A stretch of DNA of 64,000 nucleotides from a bacterium (GCA_034440235.1 JAWXBR010000054.1:73131-137130); one strand, 5' to 3'. Positions 39,638-48,758 are shown, numbered from the stretch's first letter. Numbers and translations: made by a program. The notes: generated by a model from the sequence alone, not told the origin.

Positions 39638-40579
39638 ATGATCCTCGGACTTCTCGCAGCATTCGGAACTCTTGCGTCGTGGTCGGCAGGTACGTTTTCA
39701 TTCCTGACGGCGTCGCGCCGCATGAATCCGACGCTGCTGAATCGCGCTCGCTTGTTCCTTGCTGTGTGTGCAACGTTTGTGCTTGCATGTGCAATCAACC
39801 TGCTTTGGCCATGGGAGCTGTTCACACGTCCAACAACCTACTCGTGGCTCTTTCTAGGCCTGTCTGGAATTGTTGGCCTTACGATTGGCGATCATTGCGG
39901 CTTTTCCGCACTACGCATCCTGGGGGCTCGGCGCCAGAGCGTCGTAAGCACCATCTCCCCCGCCGCGGCTGCCATTGCAGCATACTTCCTTCTGAGTGAA
40001 CAGTTGTCTATGCAGGCAATGATTGGTATGGGGCTCTCGACTGCAGGGGTCATGTGGGCGTTAGGAAGCGCCGAAGAACGGACGGCAGTTGATAAAGAAG
40101 GTTACGGTTCGTTTGGTGTCGGACTCTTACTTGCAGTGCTTGGGGCGCTGTGTCAGGGACTCGGCCTCGTCCTCGCCAAGATGGGTATGCACCCAGAGTG
40201 GTACGAACCCTCGGGCACGTTTGTACACGAGGTTGGCGGTGTTCAGGCTACGTTTATGCGTATGACCATCGGCTTTCTTGCTGTATACGTTCTCGACTTC
40301 GTAATGCGCGCCCCTTTCCGCCCCTTACGTGAAGCCTTTAAAGACAAGACCGGACGTCGTGCGATGTATTTGGGAACGTTATTCGGACCAATCATTGGTG
40401 TTACACTCTCGCTCGTTGCCGTCAGAGAGATCAGTGCAGCCATCGCACAGACCATCTTCAGCATGGTGCCACTGGTGGTGCTGGCTACAGCCGCCATCGT
40501 CCAGCGTGAACGGATGCGTCCGAGCGCCATCATTGGGGCAATCGTTGCTGTTACCGGTGTAGTTCTATTGGTGCTCTAA
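39638..40579 (+). CDS. EamA/DMT-superfamily transporter (10 TM)
   Basis: Two EamA-like 5-TM halves. Start moved to the ATG at 39638 (MILGLLAAFG), because the track start lies inside the upstream terminator. Confidence 0.7.
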   Translation: MILGLLAAFGTLASWSAGTFSFLTASRRMNPTLLNRARLFLAVCATFVLACAINLLWPWELFTRPTTYSWLFLGLSGIVGLTIGDHCGFSALRILGARRQSVVSTISPAAAAIAAYFLLSEQLSMQAMIGMGLSTAGVMWALGSAEERTAVDKEGYGSFGVGLLLAVLGALCQGLGLVLAKMGMHPEWYEPSGTFVHEVGGVQATFMRMTIGFLAVYVLDFVMRAPFRPLREAFKDKTGRRAMYLGTLFGPIIGVTLSLVAVREISAAIAQTIFSMVPLVVLATAAIVQRERMRPSAIIGAIVAVTGVVLLVL

Positions 40580-40677
40580 CAATTCTAGCTGTTTGTTGTT
40601 GTTGAGATTGTGCTGCGGGAACCATTCGCAGCGCGAGTTCCGTAGGTTTGTGCCTTCACAACACGGAAAAAAACACC

Positions 40678-41484
40678 ATGGCTTCCATCGAACACGTAAA
40701 GCAACTGCTCACCAAGGTTGGCGCACCAGAAATTCTCGAAGATCCCGATGCATTGGCATCGCTTGAAGAAGAGAAGTACGACGCCCTGCTAGAAGCCATC
40801 GACGAAATCCTCGAACTCATCGAAACGAGTCCGAACGACGAAGAAGTCATCGACACGTTATACATCACACACATGACGTTGTCGTCGGCGAACTACTGGC
40901 ACAGTGTGTTGGCAAGTGGCGAACCAACAGAAGAACCAGACGCTCATACAATTTCGAAGAGCTGGGGTGGCGAAGCATTACGTCCGTATGACAAAGATTC
41001 GCTCTCCGACATCATCATAAACTCTTCTAGTATCGACACACTTACAAAGTCTGGCTTACCTGCTTCCGCAGAACCAGGATTGTCGTTCAACGATACCATC
41101 GAACGTCTCGCAGATGTAGAAACACTCGAGACAAGCGACGAAGACGAAGCGAAAGATTACTTCGACCCGTATTGGATGTTAGGTCGCACTGCAGACGACG
41201 ATGTAATTGCACTCGACGAACGTGTAGACGGCGCAGTTGTCGTGCTCGACCGCGACTGGGGCTTTATGTCGATGCGTTACATGAACGCAAGCGTCGGCCA
41301 CCTCCTTGCTACACTCGAAGCATGGCGCAGACTCGAAGAAACCGAAGACCTTGCACCCGCACTCGAACGCTTCACAGAAGAACTCGAAAAACTCGACCCA
41401 GGTGCACTCGGCAGTGGCTCGTTCTGGTCCGACATGCTCGACGAACTCGAAGGCGATGCAGACGATGAGGAGACTGACGCATAG
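40678..41484 (+). CDS. Highly acidic hypothetical protein (Asp/Glu-rich)
   Basis: 269 aa with a very low predicted pI (long runs such as ETSDEDEAKDY and EGDADDEETDA). No catalytic motifs. Confidence 0.5.
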   Translation: MASIEHVKQLLTKVGAPEILEDPDALASLEEEKYDALLEAIDEILELIETSPNDEEVIDTLYITHMTLSSANYWHSVLASGEPTEEPDAHTISKSWGGEALRPYDKDSLSDIIINSSSIDTLTKSGLPASAEPGLSFNDTIERLADVETLETSDEDEAKDYFDPYWMLGRTADDDVIALDERVDGAVVVLDRDWGFMSMRYMNASVGHLLATLEAWRRLEETEDLAPALERFTEELEKLDPGALGSGSFWSDMLDELEGDADDEETDA

Positions 41485-41663
41485 TCAGTCAAACCACTCC
41501 CGCTTGGACATAGGCGTCCAAACCACTACGCTCGGTGGTAAGCTTAGTGAACCACTATGTCCTGGCGTAGTCTTTAACAAATCAAACCACTTATTCCTTT
41601 GACGAACCCGTTCGGTCGAAGTACGGAGTGAACTGATGTCGATGGTGATGGAGAAGATGAAGG

Positions 41664-42086
41664 GTGGGATCTGGTAGCCAGCAGTCAGTAGGAACAGGTC
41701 TCACAGAGTTCTCGAATGTAACAGGGGCAATTTTTGCTATTTCAACTTCAGCGAAGAGTGTTGATCAACTCTTGGCCGATCTTATCGAGTATCCGTATCT
41801 CACAGAGCGCATAGAGATGTATCGAGAAGATTTTGGCGGTCGCAACGACAAGCTACTACGAACAAGCCTTGAGGTATTGAATGCTCTTATGCCAATCAAA
41901 GCTGGATTTCTGTGGCACGGTGATACTGGTGAAATCGTTGTTCAATTCCGCGATTCGGAAAATAAACTGCACAGGGTGCAATTCAAGAACGATCAAATCA
42001 ATCTTGCAAATAGAGATAAGGAATACGAGGTAGAGACTATCGACAACTTTAGGAAGATTGTTACTGAGATTTGCTCGGCAGAGTAG
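41664..42086 (+). CDS. Hypothetical protein (lower-GC)
   Basis: ORF with protein-like composition. GTG start uncertain. GC drops relative to the flanks. Confidence 0.35.
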   Translation: MGSGSQQSVGTGLTEFSNVTGAIFAISTSAKSVDQLLADLIEYPYLTERIEMYREDFGGRNDKLLRTSLEVLNALMPIKAGFLWHGDTGEIVVQFRDSENKLHRVQFKNDQINLANRDKEYEVETIDNFRKIVTEICSAE

Positions 42087-42087
42087 G

Positions 42088-42537
42088 ATGGATCCAAACA
42101 CGCAAAAATTACTGTACGGAGTGTTTAAGACGGATATTCAGATCAATGGTGATTTTTTTGATTTGATGGCGTTTCCGATTCGTGCGTCCGTGAGTATTGA
42201 AGGTAAGTTGTCTAGGGACCAGATTGAGCGATATTACCACGATGAATTTGGTCCGAAGTATCGAGGATTTGAGGGCATCCTTGAGTTTAGCTTGAGTCAG
42301 ATTAATGCGATTAACAACGATTTCAAAAAGACTCAAAAAGATATTCCTAAGAAGCGAAGGATTACTACAAAGAGGGTAACGACAAGCAACACGCCTGTCC
42401 AATTGATTTGCAAGACTGTCAGGAGCGGTATGGATTCTGTACTAGAAATCCCGCCCATTTTAACATTCTCGATACTGATAGACCTAATAAGGACTATGAC
42501 AATAACCAACTCTTGGCGTACTTGGCTGAAGCACTGA
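42088..42537 (+). CDS. Hypothetical protein (lower-GC), immediately following the previous ORF
   Basis: ATG 1 nt after the upstream stop. No recognisable motifs. Confidence 0.35.
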   Translation: MDPNTQKLLYGVFKTDIQINGDFFDLMAFPIRASVSIEGKLSRDQIERYYHDEFGPKYRGFEGILEFSLSQINAINNDFKKTQKDIPKKRRITTKRVTTSNTPVQLICKTVRSGMDSVLEIPPILTFSILIDLIRTMTITNSWRTWLKH

Positions 42538-42708
42538 TGGCGGTCGGCAGGTTCCAAGCACCAAATGGTTTATCGGAATTAATCGCTCCGGATGAACCAA
42601 ATCAATAATACGAGTTGGCTGGTTTGGTTTTGGATTATTCACGATCCGTCCTCCTTATTTTCGCGGGATGGGTTCGTCAAAGGGATACGAGAGCAAATCA
42701 TCGCCCAT

Positions 42709-42746
42709 AAAAAAAAGGCCTCCAGTTAAAACTGGTGGCCTTTTTT
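42709..42746. terminator. Bidirectional rho-independent terminator between convergent genes
   Basis: AAAAAAAA-GGCCTCCAGTT-AAA-ACTGGTGGCC-TTTTTT. Confidence 0.8.
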
Positions 42747-42809
42747 GTGATTTCACAACTCTCCTCTTGCCCCCTCTCGCTTAGCGAGAGGGGGTTGGGG
42801 GTGAGTGTA

Positions 42810-44375
42810 CTACTTCGCTATTGCAACACTCCGACGTTCGCGGATTACCGTGACCTTAATCTGTCCCGGGTATTCCATTTCGTCTTGAATGCGCGTTGCG
42901 ATGTCGTTGGCCAGTGTATCGGCGCGCAAGTCGTCGATACGTTCGGGTTCGATCATCACGCGGACTTCGCGACCAGCCTGGATGGCGTAGGTCTTTGTAA
43001 CGCCTGCGAATGATGTTGCGATTTCTTCGAGCTGCTGAAGGCGCTTGATGTAGTTCTCGAGCGATTCGCGGCGAGCGCCCGGACGTGATCCGCTGATGCT
43101 ATCGGCGGATTGAACGAGTACTGCGATGGGCGATTCCATTTCGATGTCGTCGTGGTGAGCACCAACGGCGTTTACAACGAGTGGATGTTCTTTGTACTTC
43201 TTTACGAGTTCCATGCCGAGTAAGGCGTGTGGACCTTCGATGTCGCGATCGATACACTTACCAATGTCGTGCAACAGACCAGCGCGCTTCGCAAGGTTTA
43301 CATCGAGACCAAGTTCGTTGGCCATGATGCCTGTTAAGAAGCTTACTTCGATGCTGTGTGCAAGCAGATTTTGTCCGTACGACGAACGATACTTCATCTT
43401 GCCGATGTACCGCACCATCTCTGGGTGAAGGTTGTGAATGCCAAGCTCCATGAGAGCGTTTTCGCCCACGCGGATGAGTTCTTCTTCGAGCTCTTTGCGC
43501 ACCTTCTCTACAACTTCTTCGATGCGTGCCGGATGGATACGTCCGTCGGTCATAAGACGTTCGAGCGCAATGCGCGCGGTCTCGCGACGGAACGGGTCGA
43601 AGCCCGAGATGACAACTGCTTCTGGTGTGTCGTCTATAATAAGGTCGATACCGGTGGCAGCTTCGAAGGCGCGAATGTTGCGTCCCTCTTTACCAATGAT
43701 ACGTCCCTTCATCTCATCATTCAGCAGATTCACAACGCTCACGGTCGATTCTACGCAGTGGTCTGAAGCGGTGCGCTGAATTGCCATAAGGACAATTCGC
43801 TGTGCTTCTTTGCGGGCGTTAATCTTTGCTTCGTCGCGGACATCTTTAACGAGTTGCGCACCTGCTGCTTTCGCTTCGTTCACCATGTTGTCCATGAGGA
43901 AGCGCTTCGCGTCGTCGCGACTCATGCCTGTGATGCGTTCTAGGCGTTCGTTCTGCTCGTCTACGAGGACGTCAATTTCTTTGACCTTGCCATCGATGGT
44001 GCTGGCCTTCTTGGCGAGTTCACCTTCGAGTGAAGCGAGTTGTTTTTCTTTCTTGGTGATGACTTCGAATTTCGATTCGACACCTTCTTCGCGTTTCTTC
44101 AGCTCCTTCTCAAGCCCCTTAAGCTTCACGTCTTTCTGTTCACGTTCCTGTTCGTGCTGACGTTTTTGCTTTTGGATTTCTTCCTTGGCTTCGAGAAGTT
44201 TTTCGCGCTTTACGGCCGAAGCTTCTTTAGCGGCGTCTTCGACAGACGCTTTAGCTCTTGCTTCTGCAGTTGCCAGTGTTGTGGCAGCGAGTTTCTTCCC
44301 TGATATGTAAGTGATCAGAAAGCCGACCACGGCAACGGCGGCACCGATTGCCACCGCAACGATCGTTGGGTCCAT
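42810..44375 (-). CDS. rny: Ribonuclease Y
   Basis: N-terminal TM anchor, long coiled-coil, KH domain (IIGKEGRNIRAFE), HD domain (LLHDIGK...GAHHDD). Confidence 0.9.
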   Translation of the reverse strand: MDPTIVAVAIGAAVAVVGFLITYISGKKLAATTLATAEARAKASVEDAAKEASAVKREKLLEAKEEIQKQKRQHEQEREQKDVKLKGLEKELKKREEGVESKFEVITKKEKQLASLEGELAKKASTIDGKVKEIDVLVDEQNERLERITGMSRDDAKRFLMDNMVNEAKAAGAQLVKDVRDEAKINARKEAQRIVLMAIQRTASDHCVESTVSVVNLLNDEMKGRIIGKEGRNIRAFEAATGIDLIIDDTPEAVVISGFDPFRRETARIALERLMTDGRIHPARIEEVVEKVRKELEEELIRVGENALMELGIHNLHPEMVRYIGKMKYRSSYGQNLLAHSIEVSFLTGIMANELGLDVNLAKRAGLLHDIGKCIDRDIEGPHALLGMELVKKYKEHPLVVNAVGAHHDDIEMESPIAVLVQSADSISGSRPGARRESLENYIKRLQQLEEIATSFAGVTKTYAIQAGREVRVMIEPERIDDLRADTLANDIATRIQDEMEYPGQIKVTVIRERRSVAIAK

Positions 44376-44391
44376 GCGTGCTCCTTAGATG

Positions 44392-44640
44392 AAAAAAGAG
44401 CCGCATCGCGCTATCGGCGGGTTTCCCCACTTAACGGTTGCAAAAGAACCTGTTGGCTGCGCACGGTGGGTACCATCCTGGCCACCGCTGACGTCCACTG
44501 AACAGCCTTGTGCTATTCCCAAAGACGAAGTCAACGGGTGAGGCCTGCCATTGATGGTCAGAGCCTGGTTCCCAAGCAAAGAAAAAATTGTACGGTTCTT
44601 TTTCAAACGTGCGTACCGATAGCGGATGCGACAAAGCATC
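44392..44640 (-). ncRNA. Candidate structured non-coding RNA (6S/SsrS-like?) between zapA and rny
   Basis: ~330 bp with no credible ORF. A 14-15 nt long-range inverted repeat (GCATCGCGCTATCGG at 44403-44417 versus CCGATAGCGGATGC at 44616-44629) forms a closing stem. An adjacent second helix pairs AAAAGAACC with GGTTCTTTT. The hairpin plus T-tract ends at ~44392 on the minus strand. zapA-ssrS synteny is known from E. coli. Confidence 0.3.
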
Positions 44641-44704
44641 GATGCACGTGGACTTGACGGTGTCTTTCGACCAGATAAATAGTGTGGTGAGTTGCGTTAC
44701 GGGT

Positions 44705-45004
44705 CTACGGAAGGGGCTGTCGCCATGCTCGTTCAAGGTACTGTGTCATTTTGTCCAGTTCCTCGTTTACGAATCGAACGTCTTGCGAGTTCTGATCTAA
44801 GGCATCGTGATAGCGTTCGGCGATATTCAAAGCTGCTAGAAGCGAAAGCGTCGGAGTCGACTGCTCCCTAAGCGACTGTTGCAATGCTTGAATTTGAAGA
44901 TTTACTTCCCGTACTGACTTCTTAATCCTCTCTTCGTTATCTCCACGAAGGGTGAGGTCTTTTCCACCAATATTTACTCTGATTGCTTTCGACATAATCG
45001 TCAT
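44705..45004 (-). CDS. zapA: Cell division protein ZapA
   Basis: MTIMSKAIRVNIGGKDLTLRGDNEE...ALNIAER matches the ZapA family pattern. Start set at the ATG at 45004. Confidence 0.7.
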   Translation of the reverse strand: MTIMSKAIRVNIGGKDLTLRGDNEERIKKSVREVNLQIQALQQSLREQSTPTLSLLAALNIAERYHDALDQNSQDVRFVNEELDKMTQYLERAWRQPLP

Positions 45005-45029
45005 GTTCGCGTGTATCGTGTGCGTAAAG

Positions 45030-45818
45030 TTAGGAAATTCCGAACAATGAACTGATGCGTCCCGAAAGCACATCCAGTCGCGAAGCCAAAGCAACCATCT
45101 CTGCAGGTGCCATTCCTGGCTGAACCACAGAGCTAAAGATGTCGAGCTGACGCTGGTTGCGGTTTTCCTCGAGCGTTATCTGCAAGTCTTGCAGAAGCTT
45201 GGTACGAGCCTCGAGCTCGGTGCGCACAAAGGCAAGCTGTTGCGAGATCACCTTATGGTCGGTAAGCTGACCCTGCGCTTCGTTCAACTCATTCTGCAAT
45301 CTGTTCAATTCGTCCTCGAGTCTATCGATGTTCTTACGAAGCGAGCGTACCTCAACCTCATGCTCAAGCTCTCTGGCCAGCATCAACTCCTGCGCACGCT
45401 CGGTTGCGTCATGTGCACGTGCGTTTAACTCGTCATTGTCTGGCTGGTAGGGGGCTGCCTCGACGTTGCTCACAACCTGCCGCTCGTGTGCGATTGCAGG
45501 TGATGCGATCTGCTCTTGATGATGAACGACCGAGCCCTGCGCGGTACTCATGCGTGTTTCTAAGTCAGCAATGCGTTCGAGAAAATCCTGCACGCGCGAC
45601 TGCAGCTCTGTTTCGCTCTTGCGAAGCGACTGCACTTGCGCCTGAAGGATTGCATTTTCCTGACGAAGTGTTACGATAACGTCTGCGCTCTTGCGCACTG
45701 TATCCCAGAAACGAAGAACGGTGGCCTCGAGCTCTGCTTGCGCCTTCTGTGCCTGTGCATCGGGTGCATCTTCAAAGAGTTGCTGAGGTTGTTCTTGTGG
45801 TAGGTTTCTTGGACCCAT
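45030..45818 (-). CDS. Coiled-coil hypothetical protein (between pheT and zapA)
   Basis: Long heptad-repeat region rich in Q/E/L/R. No enzymatic motifs. Confidence 0.5.
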   Translation of the reverse strand: MGPRNLPQEQPQQLFEDAPDAQAQKAQAELEATVLRFWDTVRKSADVIVTLRQENAILQAQVQSLRKSETELQSRVQDFLERIADLETRMSTAQGSVVHHQEQIASPAIAHERQVVSNVEAAPYQPDNDELNARAHDATERAQELMLARELEHEVEVRSLRKNIDRLEDELNRLQNELNEAQGQLTDHKVISQQLAFVRTELEARTKLLQDLQITLEENRNQRQLDIFSSVVQPGMAPAEMVALASRLDVLSGRISSLFGIS

Positions 45819-45827
45819 GATTGCTCC

Positions 45828-48578
45828 TTAATTCCCGCGCACTTGCGCGTGCAGCACAGACGCTGCTGCGTTAACGATACTGTTCACTGCCGAATCGACT
45901 TCGGCATCGACCAACGTTCGCTCATCACTTCTGAAGGTCAGCGAAAGACCAACACTCTTCTTGCCACTTCCGAGCGCATCATCTCTATACACATCGAACA
46001 CGTCAACGTCCTTCAGCAACGCAGTACCCGATGTTCGCGCTACGTCGATAATTGCTCCTGCGGACACCCCATCTCCTACTACAAACGCAATGTCGCGGCG
46101 TACCGCCGGAAACATCCCCACGTTCCTGAACTCCCGCGTTTGTGCGGCCAACGATCTGACGTCAATCTCTACTGCGACAACCGTTCGTTCAATCTCGTAT
46201 TTCTTGGCATACGATGGATTCAGTTGCCCGACACGTCCAACTTTCTTTCCGTTATGCACTACCGAAAGCGAATTTGCACTTGCAAACATCGCCGAATCGG
46301 CGGCCTCTTCCGACAGTATTTCTGCTACTAATGTTATGTCAATCCCGGCCAATCGAAGCGCCGCTTTCACATCACCTTCGATGTCATACAGGTCGATTTC
46401 TTTCTGCTTCTCACTCCAATGCGCATCTGTAAGTCCGCATGCCACCATACACATCGTCTGCGTTTCACGAAGTCCGAATTCTGTCGCTTTATCCTCACTC
46501 GCACGGTTCTTACTCGTCGCATCAGTAACGATACCGCCGGCTTCGCTATTAAACACCTTGCCAATCTCCAACAATCGCACACCTTGCATACCATGGCGCA
46601 TGTTGCTCGAAGCAACACGCAGCAACCCGGGCAACAACGACGTCCGTAGCGCCGAAAACTCCACGCCCATCGCATTCTTCAGCCTCACCGTCGTCCGTTC
46701 ATCCGGAGCACCCAGCACATGCGTCACACAATCTGCATAGCCCCTTGCCGCAAGCCCCTTACGCACAGCATCTGCAACGTTCATGTGCTCGCGCGACACG
46801 AGATACGTAGCACTAGTGGTGTTCGTATCAGTGGTGTTCGTATCAGTGGTGTTCGTATCAGTGGCGTTCGGCTCAGTCGTGTTCGCTCGCGTGGGAGTGC
46901 CGTATGCAACGCGCGCGTGCGTCGACGACGGAATGTTGTTCACTCCGTATAGGCGCATTACTTCTTCGGCCACGTCTATCTCGTCGATAATGTCTGCGCG
47001 ATACGACGGCACTTGCCATAACCGACCCACCTTTGTAGCATCGAGTCCGACAAGTCCGACTGCTATACACATCTTATGAATCGTCTCGTCCGAAATGTCT
47101 ACGCCATTTACGCTACGCATCTTCTCGTAGCGCACATCGACCGTTGACGGTTGAGCCGGAGATGGGTACACATCAACTTGCGTGTGGGCTACAGGCTTAG
47201 TTGCTTCGCCTGAGTCTTGCGAAACACCTCCACCGAACTCGCAGATGAGTTGCGCTGCACGCGCGCATGCTTCGGCAAGTGCGCCTATATCGACGCCACG
47301 TTCGAAGCGATACGATGCATCGGAATTCAGCGAAAGTTTTTTTGCCGTGCGACGTATCGATGACGGTGCGAAGAACGCACTCTCTAGAACAATGTCGGTT
47401 GTGTCGTCGGCAATCTCGGAGTTCTCGCCGCCCATGACGCCTGCAATGCCAACCGGACCCGATGCTTTGCAGATAAGCAACATGTCATCGTCCAATTCGC
47501 GCTGCTTGCTATCGAGTGTCGTGAACTTCCAAGGCTTTGGCTTGCCAGCGTATGCTTCGGCAGCAGTCTGCACGATAATCGACGGCAGAAGATTTTCTGA
47601 AATCTTATTTGTGCCGACCATTGCTGACGTTGTGCTGTCACTGTTTGACACCAATGCACGCAAATCGAATGCATGCAGGGGCTGTCCGTATTCCATCATA
47701 ACGTAGTTGGTGGCATCGACCACGATGTTGCGCGGACGTAATCCGATTGCAGTCAAGCGGTCCTGCATCCACTGCGGCGACGGTTGCACACGCACGCCTG
47801 TAATGCGCTGCGCGATGTATCGCGGACAAAGCGTTGTGTTCTTGAGATCTACGTTAACGTCAGTAGAACCAGATGTTTCTTGATCATGTTGATTCGAACT
47901 ACCGGCGCGAGGCTTCGACATTGTAGAATCAATGCGTCCACGTTTCAGATCTAGCGCCTTGCCTTCGTGTACATGCATGTACGCCTGCAGGTCGCGCGCT
48001 ATGCCGATGTGCGAAAGTGCGTCTGCACGATTTGGCGTAATTGCTACATCGTAAACTATGTCAGTAAATCCCAGCACGTCTGCCAGCGGAGTGCCGACTG
48101 CGAGTGGAGTACCGACTGCGTACGGACCGTTGTGGTTTGTCGACTCATCGTCGACCATATCCCAAATGCCATCGACATCGGCTACGAGTCCGAGTTCGGC
48201 TTTCGAGCAAATCATTCCTTGCGACTCAACGCCACGAAGCACGCGGCGAGCAATCGTGTAGCCGCCCCCTGTCGGAACGACAGCCCCTTCTAGAGCAACC
48301 GGTACTGTTTGTCCGGCCGCCACATTCGCCGCCCCGCAAACAATCGTACGCACGACGCCATCGCCAACATCCACGGTCGTTACGCTCAGCTTATCGGCCT
48401 TTGGGTGTTTCTCGCACGTCAGGATACGTCCGACCACAAAGCCCTTCAGCGTCGCTCCGCGGTCATCGATATGCTCCACTTCGAGTCCGAGATCGGTAAG
48501 GGTCTGCGCGATGCGCGCAGGGGTCCATTCGGCCTTAAGATCGACGTACTCCGAGAGCCAGTTATGCGAGATGTTCAT
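45828..48578 (-). CDS. pheT: Phenylalanine--tRNA ligase beta subunit
   Basis: N-terminus MNISHNWLSEYVDL, tRNA-binding OB domain, and the B3/B4, B5 and FDX-ACB domains in order. Contains a low-complexity insert (TDTNT)n. Start moved to the ATG at 48578. Confidence 0.9.
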   Translation of the reverse strand: MNISHNWLSEYVDLKAEWTPARIAQTLTDLGLEVEHIDDRGATLKGFVVGRILTCEKHPKADKLSVTTVDVGDGVVRTIVCGAANVAAGQTVPVALEGAVVPTGGGYTIARRVLRGVESQGMICSKAELGLVADVDGIWDMVDDESTNHNGPYAVGTPLAVGTPLADVLGFTDIVYDVAITPNRADALSHIGIARDLQAYMHVHEGKALDLKRGRIDSTMSKPRAGSSNQHDQETSGSTDVNVDLKNTTLCPRYIAQRITGVRVQPSPQWMQDRLTAIGLRPRNIVVDATNYVMMEYGQPLHAFDLRALVSNSDSTTSAMVGTNKISENLLPSIIVQTAAEAYAGKPKPWKFTTLDSKQRELDDDMLLICKASGPVGIAGVMGGENSEIADDTTDIVLESAFFAPSSIRRTAKKLSLNSDASYRFERGVDIGALAEACARAAQLICEFGGGVSQDSGEATKPVAHTQVDVYPSPAQPSTVDVRYEKMRSVNGVDISDETIHKMCIAVGLVGLDATKVGRLWQVPSYRADIIDEIDVAEEVMRLYGVNNIPSSTHARVAYGTPTRANTTEPNATDTNTTDTNTTDTNTTSATYLVSREHMNVADAVRKGLAARGYADCVTHVLGAPDERTTVRLKNAMGVEFSALRTSLLPGLLRVASSNMRHGMQGVRLLEIGKVFNSEAGGIVTDATSKNRASEDKATEFGLRETQTMCMVACGLTDAHWSEKQKEIDLYDIEGDVKAALRLAGIDITLVAEILSEEAADSAMFASANSLSVVHNGKKVGRVGQLNPSYAKKYEIERTVVAVEIDVRSLAAQTREFRNVGMFPAVRRDIAFVVGDGVSAGAIIDVARTSGTALLKDVDVFDVYRDDALGSGKKSVGLSLTFRSDERTLVDAEVDSAVNSIVNAAASVLHAQVRGN
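46815..46889. repeat. In-frame 15-bp tandem repeat (3 perfect + 2 degenerate copies) inside pheT
   Basis: AGTGGTGTTCGTATC x3, then AGTGGCGTTCGGCTC and AGTCGTGTTCGCTCG. Encodes TTDTN-type pentapeptide repeats on the minus strand. Confidence 0.8.
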
Positions 48579-48668
48579 TGGATGTGAAGTATGCGAAGAA
48601 TACACGCAAAGATAGGTCTGTCAAGGGCCTAGGGGGTGGCGGTATTTATACACAGCGACGTACTGATT

Positions 48669-48752
48669 CCGGTTTGCGCCGCGAAGAGCGGCGCAAACCA
48701 TTTCGTCATTCCGGGAGCGCCGCGAAGAGCGGCGCAAACCATTTCGTCATTC
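48669..48752. repeat. Two tandem ~41-bp units, each with a GC-rich palindrome (12-bp perfect stem in copy 1)
   Basis: GGTTTGCGCCGC-GAAGA-GCGGCGCAAACC followed by ATTTCGTCATTC. The second copy is GAGCGCCGCGAAGAGCGGCGCAAACC followed by ATTTCGTCATTC. Confidence 0.75.
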
Positions 48753-48758
48753 TGCGAT

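Noticed and set aside
44385-44736. ORFs 44385..44639 and 44431..44736 (minus) in the zapA-rny gap
   Set aside because: They have odd composition and no RBS. They overlap the long-range inverted repeat and the terminator, so the region is better explained as structured RNA.
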